Shown here: piece by piece, positions 25,058-41,222 of the stretch
Numbering within the stretch: position 1 is the first letter of the stretch
Layout of the letters: every line of letters begins with the position of its first letter
Made by a program: the position numbers and the translations under genes
Assembly: GCF_964204645.1 (NCBI RefSeq)
Contig: NC_134032.1
Coordinates: 1,116,001-1,180,000 of the forward strand
DNA from: Tubulanus polymorphus
Taxonomy: Eukaryota; Animalia; Nemertea
Length of the DNA stretch: 64,000 nt
Reading direction: 5' to 3'
Notes under the pieces: generated by a model
Seen by the model: only the letters and a program-made list of their open reading frames with translations
Database searches by the model: none
What the model was told of the DNA's origin: nothing

Positions 25058-28000
25058 CTTTCATCGGCGCGCTGTATTCCGTACATAATCACATTGGAGT
25101 AGTAGTACAGAGCGAGAGAACTAGAGAGAACTAGAGAGAGAGAGAGACGTATAGCGCTATAGAGTAACAGCTGGGTGCTCTGAAAACCGAATCATACATT
25201 ATGCATATATAAATATACCTTATAAATGTGTATTATGTACCAATAACGGAGGTACGGAGAGAATAGAGGGAGAGAGAGCGAGCGAAGACTAGACTAAACC
25301 ACTCCGCTAGCTCTCTTGCGCTGAAAACACAACATATGCTGAACGCATTCGTGCACTTAATGAAATATATACTATACAATCGACGTGCGTTTATTGACTA
25401 TATATATATATATATATACTTTTATCGGTGGATTATTCTCCGGATTCGAACCGCGACTCGATGTGACTCTGTGTACCGCGAAAATCCACGGAATCGCGGA
25501 ATCGCGGAAAAAACCGAAACTGCGCAAGACGGCAGCGACCAGGCACGGCCTATACAGTTTAGTATATATTCGGGGATTAGTTGACGTCGGATTAAAGATA
25601 TATATGCGGGCCCGTATCGCGCCATTTATATATATATATGTATGTATGTATTAAAAACAGTGTTTGTTTTATCGTCGTAATTAGCACGACAGCGGAGCGA
25701 TAGAGCCGCGGCAATTAAGAGATATTCAGCGCGATAGTTTTTGAATATCATCATTCCCATCATCGTCATTATCATCATCGCCGCCGCAGTTGCGGATAAT
25801 GCGCTGGTTTATCGTTTCGTTTCGCATGCGCTTAAATTAGGCCTATTCGCGCTGACACAAACAAACAAACGGTTCGCGTGTGAATGAACGGCGACCTGTT
25901 CGGTATATAAAGCAGCCGGTTTAGTTTAATGGCAGGGCCGTATTCGCCCGCATCTGACTGATTATTACGAATACGCTTGACCACGGCGTTTAGAACGGGT
26001 CAGACTCGTACGCGGCGCCGAGTAACGCGTCGTATTTTCGTCGGAACATATTTTTTTTCCTCGATAATTAAAGCGATATATGCGATATTGAAATGCGGCC
26101 CTGGCGTAACACACTGCATTGTTAACGCGCGCGCGTGGATATATGTAAGCAAGTACTCCTGCGCCGTGCTGCTTCAATTAGCATAGATTTGAGAATCCGT
26201 TTGTTCTACCGGATACACACGCATCGAAAATCGTGCTTTTTTCGTCGGTTCTTTCACGGAATATTTGTCAGTTTATAAACTATGGCGGATCGTAGGCGAC
26301 TATTGCGCAATCGCCAGTGATAGCGCCGGTGAAAACGATGTAAAAAAGCCGGATCGGCAAACAGCGAAATTTCAGCGGAAGCGGCCCGGACAGGTCCGTT
26401 TCGCGACCACTGCTACCGCGCCCGATACATAACGGAGGAATCATTTCATTCGGGAATCGAATAAGAGATGATTCATAAGCGTACGATATAACCGTGGAAT
26501 CCGTGTGAATCTAGCCGTAAACATGGATTGAAATATCGAATTATACGTCGTTTGGTTATTATAGGTAAATAGAGAGAGAGAGAGAGAGAGAGATATTTTA
26601 CGGAGAGCCGGGGTTAAGCGTAAAATCCATCTATATAAATGAAATACAATGAAACTGCCGGTTTGTTGGCGCTGAATCGACGGCGGGTTTCAGCTGCTTT
26701 CTAGATTCGTCCGTGTGGCTGCTGCTTTTTTACATTTGTTGCCGATTCGCTTCCCCTCACACGCACAGCTGCAGGAAATATTCATATATTTATATATATA
26801 TATATATATACATATACAAACTTTAATTCTTTGTTTTTGAAAATATAGACGCGCTCTCAAACGATATAGGACGTGAACGTTATCGGGAGATTTTTTTAGA
26901 ACGCGTTAAACGTTTCTGAGAAAAGCGTCGATCGTTTGCTTTTTACGTAATTTCGGACGCGTTCGGGTTGCGTCGCGTGAATCGTAACGTCGATCCCGTA
27001 TCAGGGCTGACGAACGCCGACGTAAAAATCGATCAGCGTCTTAACGTTTTATCGCCGTGTATCGACGCCGTCTCCGAGTGCGGCGGGTGACGTCATTTTT
27101 GCACCGGCTATAAGCGTCTCGCAGTTTCCGCTTCCGCGAAAACAATACCTAAACGTTAATCTACGCATAATAAAGCGTATTATTGTACGTTACGGCGCGC
27201 GCAGCGTTTTGTTCGTCAGTGTAATAAAAGCGTTAACGTTCCGCGTCTGTGTACGCGTATTAAACGCTGTATCATCAGGCCGGCGTTACGAATGATATAC
27301 GTGGCGTTAAAGGGCAGACGCAGCGTGCGCGTACTTCAACGCTGAAGCGTTCGATTATTATCATCATTTTTTTTAAGCGTTCGAAGCGTTGTGATGCCGA
27401 TGTAGAGCCGGTTCAGTTTAATACGCGTTAACTATGTATCGAGTGGCGGCTGTGAAATGCGTGCAACAAGTCGTGAGATACGATGACACTGCTGTAACAG
27501 TCACCTAGCGAGACGCCATGTAGCCGTCGCTGCATTAGAAATAAAATCCCGATGAGTTAATCAATCGCAATTAGTTACGTAGTTAGCTTAGAAATAATTA
27601 TCATTTAACTGTTAATCGAATTTTTAATTGGTTAATTAATTATTAATTGATTATTTTATTTTTACCGTAGTTTTATTGTTAAGTAGTGTATAAGCTTGAT
27701 TATCAAAATTTGATTCAGATCAAAATTTTCTAATTTTTGTTGTTGTTGTATTTTTCAATTCGATCGAAGAATAGAAAGCACGGGGCGCTAGGCGCTACTG
27801 ATCGGCGCAGATTCAGAATTTAAAATCAAAATATTTCTAGCCGGGGACTAGCGTTTGTCTTAAGCTAATGAAGTTGACAGGGAGATAAGAAAATAACGCG
27901 TGTTCAATAAAATTGAAGATTGTTGAAATATTGAAGTCAGACGTAGAAGGAAAATAAGTTGGAGATCAAAAACCTGACAATTCTTTATCCGATAAAGACT

Positions 28001-28152
28001 TGGATGAATCGACTTATCGAAAGTCGAACGTTAGCTAAAACAGAATCGGAATTTCGCACTTTTTGAAGAAAAATATCGCGATTTAGAAAAAAAAGGTTAC
28101 GGCGTCGAGAAGCTGGATGAAAGAGCCGATTGATAATTGGAATAAGACTTAA

Positions 28153-28485
<333 letters not shown>

Positions 28486-29574
28486 TAACTGTTTTCTCGA
28501 TTTATCGAAAACGCGCGCGGCCCTAGCAGCTAGCAATTAGAAAATTAGTTCCACTTCAGTATAAAGAAGTTGATTTTCAATGAAATCTTGAACTGGGTTC
28601 TTGAACTTTGGTTTTCGGGCCTTATATATTATTACCACCAGAGACGCTAGATATATAAGTTACATCGACCTCAAAGGTTTTACCCTTTTGAACTGAAGGT
28701 ATAACCCGCTCAGGGTGAACCTCAGAGGGCAATTTGCAGGCAATTTCCGTCCGTTCGTCCATATATTAAGTTCTTCGGCAAGGTTTTTGCACGCTTCGAT
28801 TTCCCGATTGTCTTTATGTTTATGCATAAATTTAGACAGTTCTGCATCCAAAAATTGGCCCGATTTTTGTTCGCCAGAATCAACACTAAGCAGCTTTCAA
28901 AGTTTTTATCGAACATATCGAATAGACGCTCTGTCTCTGGTCAGTTATCCCGATGTTAAGCAGGTTTTGACTACTAGTTGTCCTATACTCATCCGTGCTG
29001 CTATTGGACTACTCTGAATTACTCAAACTATTGTTCCGCACCGAATATTAGATCATACATGTCTACCACCAGTATCTGTCGTGGCATCTGCGCGTTTATC
29101 TGACCGCTGTCAATGGCAAGGCAAAGTTGATATTGTATGGCATATTCTTCGACCGCAAATTTGTTGTTAATGACAAGTATGATTTGCGGCGAGTTTCAAC
29201 GTTATTGGTTTTGTATCAGTTAACCAGGGGAATCAAATATTGACATTCCGAGATTTTCAAGCATTTCACCGAGCGGGCACGGGTCCCTAATTCAGTTGAG
29301 AATGTTCGCTCTTTCGTTTCGAAGATATTGCAAACTGAGTGTTTTGAATAAGTGTCGATCGTGCCCAAATACGGTATCAAGTGTTGTGCCACCACTGGCC
29401 AAACAGATCAGGGGCTGCAGTTGTTCAAAAGTTGGTTAGAGTTAACCAGTGGATAGTTTACGTGTCACAACTGAAAGTACATTGTTACTACGGTGGTATA
29501 TTGTGACCCAACTAAAAACTGACCGGCAAGTAGTACGCATGTGCGAAAAGCTGTATAACAACCGTCCTAGAGGC

Positions 29575-29660
29575 CAGTTGTATTGGTCTACTGAGTAGCA
29601 CGCTTGATTTCAGCGCACGAGACCCGGGTTCGATCCTCGGCGAGTGCGCGAAATTTCTCT
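29575..29660 (+). mobile_element. Second tRNA-like SINE head
   Basis: GCACGAGACCCGGGTTCGATCCTCGGCGAGTGCGCG; inverted copy at about 24661-24717, degenerate copy near 32616-32670. Confidence 0.55.
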
Positions 29661-30522
29661 GTCACTTTCTCTTGATCGTAACACCATTTCTAGGTAACAC
29701 CATTTCTCGTTAAAAGATACGTCACGTAAAAAGATACGTCACGTATCTTTTAACGAGACCCATTTTTACCTGGTCAGCTTTTTAATATCGATATCCATTT
29801 TTTACGTCGATACATTTTCTATCCAAACCAAAACGGTTTATTTAGCGGAGGGAAATTCCTAAAATTAGCGACTCGTTTCGACGTAGATATTTCACGTTTA
29901 CGCTCGGAGCAATATTCCACATTTATAAATATGAACCCCGTTTATGCTACGGAATATAATGTACTATTCGCGGCTTACATGATAAATATTACTGTTCGCA
30001 CTAATTTCACTACGGCGCGCTTACTTCATAAATATTACCATTCGTTATAGAAAAACAGTTGCCGGTATTAATGAAATTCACACAGAATCGTCGAGGTTCT
30101 TTTCTGTTTTGCGAATGATGATTTATTATTTCGATTCGTCTGATTTTATTTTCTATACGCATATCCGAAAAATCGCGCCTTCCATAGTTAAAAAATTGAA
30201 ATACTTGTTACGCGTACGAAGAGCATTCTAGCCGATAGGGGGCGCTATTTGAGTATTAATTTTACTCAGGTGATAGCTTTCAATAAGGGATGACTGATTA
30301 ACCAGTTACACGGTTTAGCCAATGGCGAGATTGAATTAGATCGTGTATACTATAAAACGAATTCTAGTCCATGATTAGAATGAATAAGAAATGAATAAAT
30401 AGACATAAGATGATGAATACGTAGGTGATTCTTTTCTCACCAACTCGATGCGATAAAAATGCGAGATGATTCGTAAATGTGATTATTGTACATGTAGCGC
30501 ATTATAAGTTCAGTTCAGTTCA

Positions 30523-31328
<806 letters not shown>

Positions 31329-31632
31329 AGTGGATGTTGCAGAAACCCATACGGGCCTTAAGCAAATTCATATATATATATATACATCGTAAAAAATGAC
31401 TCGAGAAAAAAATAAAGTTAGGTGTGAATGACTTGGATGGTTAGATAGTAATATGATGTAAGGTAATATAATTTAATTCGTCCACGAATCCGTGCGATAT
31501 GTGCGTGTTTAGATCAATAACAAACTGTTGATTCAAACATGTAAATTGTAAATACAGATGCCAGAAACCTGATCAAAAGCGAGGGTGAGGGTGAGTGAGA
31601 GTAGGGGTAGGGACGGCGCGAGAGGTGGGAGG

Positions 31633-31921
31633 AGCCTGTACCGAGCTTTATCGAGGGGCAGTTCTATTTCAAGAGAAAGGGTACTTTTTGCCGTGAAAAA
31701 AGGGGCATTTTCCTATTGAAAAAGTACAATATGAAACGGCCGGGTACCTGAACAAATCATTTGACAATGGATTACTTTTCCTTTTTCCAAAAAAGCATGA
31801 AAATTGTATCCAGATTTCGAAAAATCATGACCCAAATTTGTTGACACAAAATTTTTGAAGGGCGCATTGAAAATTTTAGGGGGTTCGTTCGCTACAACCG
31901 AACCCCCTCGGCACGGGCCTG
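31633..31921. mobile_element. MITE with GGCCCGTGCCGAG-type TIR
   Basis: Ends GCCTGTACCGAG / CTCGGCACGGGCC; inverted relative at about 38429-38608. Confidence 0.55.
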
Positions 31922-32369
31922 AGGTAGTGTCGTGGGAAGATCCTAGTTGGGAGTCGGATGAGAGATTGAGTACACGGACAGAGGAATAAGAGAGATGACG
32001 AGTGCGGGTCGAGGGCTCAAGTGGAGAGATAAAGCCTGTAATAGGCCTCGTTCATGCAAGTAACGACACATAAAACCAGCAGCGTGTTATTACTATTATA
32101 CATGCATCACACCAACATGCGAGTCCTCTTCAATATCATAAATATATACATGAATTAATGTACATTTATATGTATTTGTAAATGTATATTTACCGAGGAA
32201 TGAAAATTGTCAATTTTTGACTCGCGCGCGTTTCGATGTGTCGATAGCGTTAGGGTTACAGATACGTACTTGTTATTGTATATCGATATATCGCGCAGAA
32301 AATACCTGCATATTTAGAATCAACACTAGCTAGATCCGTAGTCAAGTAAAACACACGATTGGAACCTCG

Positions 32370-32478
32370 GGCCCGGTTTTATTGGCCGGTATTACCTTTA
32401 ACCGTGGGGCTGATTCAATTGAAAATGAATTGAGTTAGCCCCCGGGTTAAAGGTAATACCGGTCCGTGAAACCGGGCC
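32370..32478. mobile_element. Palindromic MITE, family E-like
   Basis: GGCCCGGTTTTATTGGCCGGTATTACCTTTAACC ... GGTTAAAGGTAATACCGGTCCGTGAAACCGGGCC. Confidence 0.75.
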
Positions 32479-33086
32479 TAGGATTACGATTTGAAAATGT
32501 GAAATTAATTTTATAACAATGGACTGGATCCAGAGTCGAAATAAAACCCATAACTACGGGACTGTTACGTTCAATCATGGACTCTAAAAACGAAATAGAA
32601 TAGCTCTTTTGGATGTCGGTTAGCACGCTTGTTTTGAGTGGGGCTCGGAATCGATTCTCGATTAGTGCGTATATATATATATATATATATAATGTTTGAC
32701 ATTTTGATCATTGAATTCGAATGCAGATTCACTAAACCCGCAACTGTTGTTGTCCACGGGTTGTACAGTCGATTCTAACCCCGGGCCGGTGCGGGGTAAA
32801 GTTTAGTATAAGATCACGACTGTGAAGCCAGGTTCCCGAAGCCATTGATAAAAATGAAACAACACTTAAAAATGCAAATGATATTGTTACTAGCGCTGTC
32901 GGAACAATTCTGGTTCTGTGGGAAAATATGCGTAGATAATTGCAACTTTTTCTTTTCTAATCTAATTTTCTTTTCAACATCTTTTCTAATATGGGTCTCC
33001 CGTCAATTTCCTCACGCCCTGTATATCAATGAATTCAGAATAGAATAGTTGGGTTTTCTGCTTCCCGAGTCACGCAGCGCACCTTA

Positions 33087-33296
33087 GGCTAAACAAAAAT
33101 GATACCTTGTTGCTCCGCAGCGGCCGGGTTATTTTTGTAAAATATGATAAAATTTATAAACAGTTCATTTCTATAGCGGTTATGGTGAAATTGATCACGA
33201 TTTAAAAAAAAGTAATGTATAGGGTAGATAGGCGGCCGGCCGGGTCAACATTTAAGCTCAGCAGAGCGGAGAAACAAGGTATCAATTTTTTTGGCC
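33087..33296 (+). mobile_element. MITE family A, copy 3
   Basis: Same sequence with a small internal deletion; TSD TTA. Confidence 0.9.
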
Positions 33297-34132
33297 TTAT
33301 AATGTGGCATATAAAACCTGGAATACCTGGAATATAATACCAGGTATTAGTTTCCAGTTCCAATGCCTGCATGAAAATGCAATACATTTTTATTATTTTT
33401 TTTTTCACCACGAATGTGCGCGATATTTTTATATGTCAGCGGAAACGTTGATAAGTTACACACTTGCGAAGTACATCATGTACATATGACAGGAAACTGA
33501 CACGACATGACAGAAAATGACAAGAGGGACGAACATGCAGAGATTAACATATCATAGAATCGAAATACTGCTGTTTTGTACAGAATATATATATGAGAAA
33601 AGTGCGTTATTTAGCATAGAAATAACTTTATTAACTAACATGTAATATTGCGTAAAAGTCATACGATAATGGATTGTATTTTCATACTATATATAACTTT
33701 CGTAAGCGATAACTTAAATTCGGAATGTAATGAGTATAGACAAAGCTAAGGAGTTTCTGTTGGGTAGGATTTTACTATAATGATATAATAATATGTGTCT
33801 TATAAAGTGCTTAATCCAGCCAGGCTGCTCAGAGCGCTTTACATTTTTCGGTATTATTATCCCGGCCAATTTTATACCCTAACATGAATAGATATATATT
33901 TTTACCCGATCCAAATTTCTACAAACTTCAGCTAAAACGTTCGTTTGAGACTTTTGATCGGCTATTCTTTGGTAGATGTTGAGATGTATCTCTAACTGGC
34001 TTGAGACCTCCCGCACAGGTATATTGGATACCCCTTGTATATCTTTCTCAAACCATGAGCCGACTCTTTTTGGAGATTTGCAGACTTAATCAGCCCATAA
34101 TCTCCCAACAGCTATAGTTGATTAATTCCTTG

Positions 34133-34449
34133 ATATTTTCAAATTAATTTTTGTTTGTTCGGTCGGCGAATTTTACGATTACAAGATACATTGACCGTGA
34201 TTGAAACCCAGTCAACCGCTGCATTGTGTGAACAGATGCTCACAATTTTAACATTTTGAACTTTTCCGACTAAATCAGTAATAAATCATTTTGGTATTTT
34301 CAAATTAGTTTTTGTTGTTCGGTCGGCGAATTTTACTATAACGAGGTACGTTGCCCGTGATTGAACCCAGTCAACCGCTGCAGTGTGTGAACAGATGCTC
34401 ACAATTTTAACATTTTGAACTTTTCCGACTAAATCGGTAATAAATCATT
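34133..34449. repeat. ~160-bp tandem duplication
   Basis: Two units, each ending CTTTTCCGACTAAATCRGTAATAAATCATT. Confidence 0.85.
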
Positions 34450-35832
34450 AGATATACATGAATATACCGACAATCTACGCGTAGTAATTTCATAGCGCCT
34501 ATAAATTGACCGATTAACCGGTTAATTGCGGATTAAAACTACCTCGAGTATAGAATATATCGTTAATCGTTGAATAATAAAATTGAATCGAACGGACGGA
34601 TTATTTAGCTCGTCATTGACAGCGCCATTAGCGAATTAAACGCGTTGTGATAAGATAAACAAATTATGAATTTGGATGCTCCCATCCCGTCTATATTTCT
34701 GTCTCAGTCGATATTCTCTATTGAATTATATACTTTTTCCATATGTTCGCATTAGCGCTAACTCGTCCTCTGCGAGTTGTCAAAAACTGTCGCGGTCGGT
34801 TAATATTTATTGAATAACTAGCGACTGTACGGGCGCGAGTCGGTCCCATCGCGACCGCGCCGTTAAATCATAATACGGACAACCGATCAATTAACTAGCC
34901 GGACCCGGACTGTAACCGCGGCTCGCGTATAATGCTAGCCGTCAAATTAGATTAACCGGAAGCCGTTATCAGCGTCGGTTTATCCGAAGGGACTTCAAAC
35001 AGCGACTAGAACAGTTTATGTGATAGAAACTAACCAAAAAAAAGAACAAGACACAAAAGCAGAAAGCTAATAGATTCCCAATTATCACCCCATAATCGGG
35101 CGATAGCGTCGACATAACACCAATTCACATAAACCGTTAACGCCGTAAGCGTTCGTTTATTCGCTTGTCTTCGTAACATTTGATTCTCGGTAGAACTGGA
35201 TACGTGGCAGAGATACGAATCTCGTTAGATCCCGTGATCTCCCGCGATCTCCGGGCGATCACTATTCTAGTCTAAAAGTGTATACCTAATGGGATGAGTG
35301 TGTGATCTCCTGTGATCTCCGAGCGATTTCTATTCGACTCTAAACGTGCAAACCTAATGGGTGCACTGTCGAACGGTTCAAAAGTACCCGTACTATATTG
35401 GCGTGGCTCCGAGAATATCCAATCCGCTGCATTCAGAGCTATTACTTCCTGTATTTACCTTGTTGCCCCAAATGCCCCCGAAGTTGCCCACAGTGGCCCA
35501 CAGTGGCCCACAGTGGCCGGCAGTGGCCTGCAGTGGCCCATCGTATCCCCATTCCCCTCACACCACTGTACAAGGAATTTTCCGATTTTAGAGATTTAAT
35601 TGGATACTTGAAAAAATTCTAAAACGTGTGGTTTTGATTTGACTGATACCGATGATACTTGAGGTGATGATACTTAAACTGATGATACTTGCTCCGCATA
35701 GTTCGGGACATCGCGTAACTACCAATAAACACGATAAGAACCTCTCAGAACTTAAATCATTTTCAATCAATGTTTTATATGAAATATATGTTCACGTGTC
35801 ACGTTGTAAAAGATATTGTATATATTATATAT

Positions 35833-36120
35833 AGTTGTGTGGCTGGGTAGTTGAGGGGCTGGATAGTTGAGTGGCTGGCTAGTTGCTGGTTAGTTGAGTG
35901 GCTGGCTAGTTGAGTGGCTGGCTAGTTGGTGGTTAGTTGAGTGGCTGGCTAGTTGGTGGTTAGTTGAGTGGCTGGCTAGTTGCTGGTTAATTGAGTGGTT
36001 GGCTAGTTGCTGGTTAGTTGAGTTGCTGGCTAGTTGAGTGGTTGGCTGGTCGAGTGATTGGCTAGTTGCTGGCTAGTTGAGTGGTTGGCTGGTTGCGTGG
36101 TTGGCTAGTTGAGGGGTTGG
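35833..36120. repeat. (TAGTTGAGTGGCTGGC)-type minisatellite
   Basis: Direct reading. Confidence 0.85.
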
Positions 36121-39029
36121 GCGACTGGTTTTGGGGATAGTTAAGGGTCGTATATAATGAGAGAATAGGTTAAGTTTATAAGTTGTAAGGTATCAGTGGA
36201 AGGCGTGTCATGGGACGAGTCACACTCTCCCTCTTCATCCCGTCGATCAGCCTTATCTTTATCGCTCCATACCTCCAACCTCCAACCTGCTATATCTCTT
36301 CGCTCGGCTCGTCTGCCCCCTCCCTCCGTGTCATTTCATCTCGTACCCGTAATTCCCCTGTCTGTCCGTAGTTCCCTATCGTCGCTGCAGCTCTAACTGT
36401 CGCCTGCACTGTCACCTATCGTGCTGTCGTCATGGTGATCGCACTGATCTACCGTATATAACCGGAGCTGTGACCTCTGTTTTTGCAAACCGTTCTCTCC
36501 GATCGAACAGGTGCCACGATTTAGTGTCAACACAGGTCCCCGCGTTCGCACAGGTCACATTCAACTCCCTGCCCAAAATCTTTCATATAGCGTCTACTGT
36601 ATAATTATATCGGTTATTAAGTGCTAGTTACAAGCGTTGATATCGAATTTGCGATATATGATTTCATCTTCTAGTCTTTGGCCTGTCGGGGATGTCAATT
36701 ATCCCGCGCAGTATTTTCCCAGTAAGCGCCGGGATCAATGAGATTCGCGCGTAATAATACGTTAATTCATATTTCGTTGATTGGTTACGCTATACCGCAG
36801 TCTCTGGTAAGCGAGTCGTTTAGGCAGCGTGTGTCGTCGTGTTTTGGATGAACGGTCACGCATTTCATTCCGCTCGAAGTATTGTCGACAATGCGTGCTA
36901 TAAACCCGCATATGCCAATCCTCTCTAAACAGCTGGCGTTTGAATATCATTTGATTTTCATGCGTGAACCCGCGACCGACGACTATATAGTTTCAGTAAT
37001 GTAATTAATTATACGTAAAAGATCCAATTTCCCATTCAGTTATACAAACATTGTATCTTAAATGAATTCTTTTTGACGATGAGTCCCTTGGTGACCGACT
37101 CGCCCGTAGAACCTGATCCAGTCGATAAATGAATTCAAATGTACCGGGGTGGTACCGAAATAGTCCGTCGCCGAAACGCATCCTCCTATATCTAACAGTA
37201 GAATTTACACGACACCATCTTTTTACATATGCCTTTTTAAATTCCGTTTTATGGAGAGAAAAAAAACGAAAACCTCTCAATATCTGATCACCAAGAGGCG
37301 AAATCATGTCTAGTTAGTTTACATAGTTTTCTAAAAATAGTATAAATCTATCTTACTCCTCAATTAGCGAAGGTAGGCCCGATTATATCTACTAATGGTA
37401 TAGGATTAAAACCTATCATCATGTTGAAAATATTGATCTTGAGTGAAAATGCGATGCCGTTCGGTGATAAAACGTAGCCATCGGCGGTTTCCTCCGTTTC
37501 GGCATCATCGATAATCGATTTTGATAATTTGAGTTGTTCGGGGGAAACTTTCCTTGTTGTTGGTTTTTTTCATGTTTTTACTCTACCTAAAGCCCCCGCA
37601 AACTATAAGCTTTATCGAACTGTTTTCTAGCTGGTGGATTAAATCTTTGATGTTTCGACGCCGGGAAAAGATGAAAGTACTTGATTTCGAGTCAGTGACT
37701 GAGAACGTTGTGAGTCAGCTCTGCTGCTACCCACCGGCTTTTTATAAATAGGACATGTCTTGAATGTAAAATATTCTTCTTCGTGGTCAACTTCGATCGC
37801 ATCTCTCCGTTCCCGTCCCCTTCCCAACTCTCACACGCTCCTGTCCCTTCCAACTACTCTACCCCACCCGCGCTATCTCCATCTCGTCTGCGATCCTTAT
37901 TTTTATCGATTCATCGTCTATTTCTGTACTAAGTCGTGTATAAATATCTTCTCGACTTCACCACGCGTTCGCATATACGACACACCTGTGTTCTCGCCAC
38001 CATTACACACGCGGTTCTCTAATGTCAAACTGTGTCACAGCAGTCGTACTGTGTCTAACGAAGTCGATTTTAGTCGTCAGTAAAGTGCTATCGATCTACT
38101 CTGACGTAGCAGACCGAGTCGGTCTATTCATAGTAACACTTCGTACGAGTCGATTTCATTGGAACTTAATGATAGCAATTAGTAACTATCGCGTTACTCC
38201 TTCCACCGCGGCGGCAACATCTCCACGAATTCTAACCTTTTTCTTTCACTTATTATCACCAAACTGCTTTCTTTTAATATCAGCTCTTCCATTATATCAC
38301 CATTTGATATTCGATCATCTCTAATCATCATCCATAGCCATATTCGATCAACTCTAATACCCATAGCCCTATACCCATAGCCCACCCTTACTTTCAGATG
38401 CCTATCATTTTCGCCCTTGAACACGACGGGCCCGTGCCGAGTTTGGGTCTCGGGAGTAGCGAACGAACCGCCTTAAATTTTCTAATTGCCCTTCAAAGTC
38501 AGTGTAAAAAAATTTGGGTTAGTATTCATTCCCAAATGATTTATTCAGGTTCCCGGACACCTATATTTTTGAGATAGGACTGCCCCTCAAAGAATCTCGG
38601 CACGGGCACACACGAATCCATCTTCACCCGTCAAGGGATTCGAACCCACTACGCTAAAGCTGTTCCCCGGTGGAAGCTAGTTCGGGAGTGATACCGGACC
38701 CCTGGCAAGCGAGGATGACACGAATCCATCACAACTCTAATTTTCGCACGTCACTTTCACCTACTGCATTTGCACTAACAGATGCGTTCACCTTGTTAGC
38801 GAGTTAAAGGTGACGAAAATTATTCAGCCCATATTCAAAGCCCGTATTCGGCCCATATTCAGCAAAGCCCATGTGTGGGCGAATTATCCCTCACACTATA
38901 GTGTGTGTAACCCAATTCTAATTTCCAGTCAAAATGTTTTGTATATAACTTACACCACATAGAAAATCAGTTATATTCATCAGCTATACTAATTATTCCC
39001 TGTTGCAGGTCTACTTAATTCTTAATTGA

Positions 39030-39358
39030 CAATTGTGACCACTTTAGGGTTCTTATAAGAACCCTTATGTCTCGAAGAACCCCAATCTGCATTCCATATT
39101 GCTGAAGCACCTTAAAGCCACACCAAGAACCCCAAGGTTCTTCGAAGAACCCCCGAAGAACCATTTGTTCTAAGAGTGTACCCTGTACATAGCCAATTGT
39201 GACCACTTTAGGGTTCTTATAAGAACCCTTATGTCTCGAAGAACCCCAATCTGCATTCCATATTGCCGAAGCACCTTAAAGCCACACCAAGAACTCCAAG
39301 GTTCTTCGAAGAACCCCCGAAGAACCATTTGTTCTAAGAGTGTACCCTGTACATAGCC
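39030..39358. repeat. 164-bp tandem duplication of a CACT-type element end
   Basis: Two near-identical units ending GTTCTAAGAGTGTACCCTGTACATAGCC. Confidence 0.85.
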
Positions 39359-39390
39359 ACCTCATTGTCCCTCACATGCCGCACGTCACG

Positions 39391-39440
39391 CTTCCTCTTT
39401 ACTTCCTTATACTAACACTCTTCAACTCCCTCAGGTAGGT
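39391..39440 (+). other. Candidate recursive splice site (junction 39434/39435)
   Basis: Perfect TACTAAC branch sequence at 39410-39416, then ACTCTTCAACTCCCTCAG|GTAGGT, after a long AG-free upstream zone. Confidence 0.5.
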
Positions 39441-40479
39441 CTATTATTAAACCGTAGATATTTGCGATGATCTAATTTTAAAGATTGGTTGTGGATGATA
39501 GAAGTATTAATATTCACCAGTCTCAGCATCCCCTCTGGACATCACCGTTACTAATGTCTTCGGTCTCTCTCTCTCTCTCGTTGAAGGTCATATTTTGATT
39601 AACTGGCAATCTCGATTCGTTCAAGTACACGGATTTAATTCATTCGCGCACGAATAAAGGATATGATAGCACTTTCAGTTGTATTCGTGATATTTTTCTA
39701 TTAATTCAAACACGAATTTGCGCTGAAGCGTCAAAACGACAGATTTGTAGCGTAAGGAAATGTGTTGATTTTAATGAAGAAATATTTTTTTTTGAATTAG
39801 TAGTTTTAATAAGCCGAACCGATTCATTGAAAGATTTTGATGTCATAGGATTTATTCTGTTCGTGAGACGCCGAGCTAAACTCGTTATATATACTATGTA
39901 CCAAGTGAAACGTTGTTTGATTGTAACAAGCTTCAGTGTCATTGATTTCCGTTTCCGGGATGTTGAATATTGAAACGATGTATTAATCGTTCATATCGTA
40001 TTGCCGCTTGTAAATATTTATTAACTTATAAATCGCTAATATCTAGGCCACGACAGAGTCTATGATCGCAGCGAGGTTTCTATATAAGTTCACCAGGGGG
40101 CGTTAAACATTAAAATGATATCGTATTTCGATTCGATTCCAGGATGTTCGCTCCCCTCATTAGTAACCTATAAAAGTCCATATTGGATTCTAGATAATTG
40201 AACTAGTCAATAAACACTTAACAACGTTGTTATCAAAGCAGTACAACATTAAGATCCTAGAAAGGGGTTAGGGCGCACAGGGATGTGATAGAAAGGGGGT
40301 TAGGGCGCACAGACATGTGATAGAAAGGGGGGATGGGGGTCAGGGCGCACAAGGATCCGATAGTATGTTTGCAGTAAGTTTAGATGATACTTATACCTGC
40401 GATATGGCGCATCTGGACCGTTCCCATATCACCGATACGGTAACCATAACAACAACTGCCACTCATAAAAAACGAATCG

Positions 40480-40725
<246 letters not shown>

Positions 40726-40854
40726 ACCTACCTTACACGATTTTGAAAATGACGGTGACAAAAATGTCACCGTCGCCCACCTCGCCGTCTGCTCGTATTG
40801 TAGAACATGGCTGCTTTCCAAATGCTGAAATGACGTCATCTTTCTTTCTATTGA

Positions 40855-41222
40855 TTTTTTGACGCCGTAAAAACCGTTACAATAATGCTTATACACATTG
40901 ATACCTCAGGCGTTATTTAAGGGTTTCTGTGTGAGTCGATGCGCACGACGTCATCAATATCGGCGTTTCAAAATAACAATTACAATTGTAAATTCTGGCG
41001 TCAGTTTTGTAATTAGATATATTTTATAACTCTTATTAAATATATCTTTTTTCATTTATGATAAATTTTGATAATTATTTTTGAGAGGCTGTGTACTACG
41101 TCATCAAATCAAGGGGGCTAGACTGGTTGCCGGTAAATTCGATTCAATTGTCAAACTACTTTACTGATCGTAATTGATATACGATTTATATTATACGATT
41201 TATTGTCGACGATATTAAGCAA
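40855..41222 (+). repeat. Interspersed repeat, second copy at about 49452-49910
   Basis: Collinear similarity from TTTTTGACGCCGTAAAAACC to TATTGTCGA..TATTAAGCA. Confidence 0.75.

Noticed and set aside
28085-28135. AG|GT TAC GGC (G-Y-G) just upstream of exon 1b
   Set aside because: Preceded by poly-A rather than pyrimidines; reads GYGVEKLDERAD-stop.
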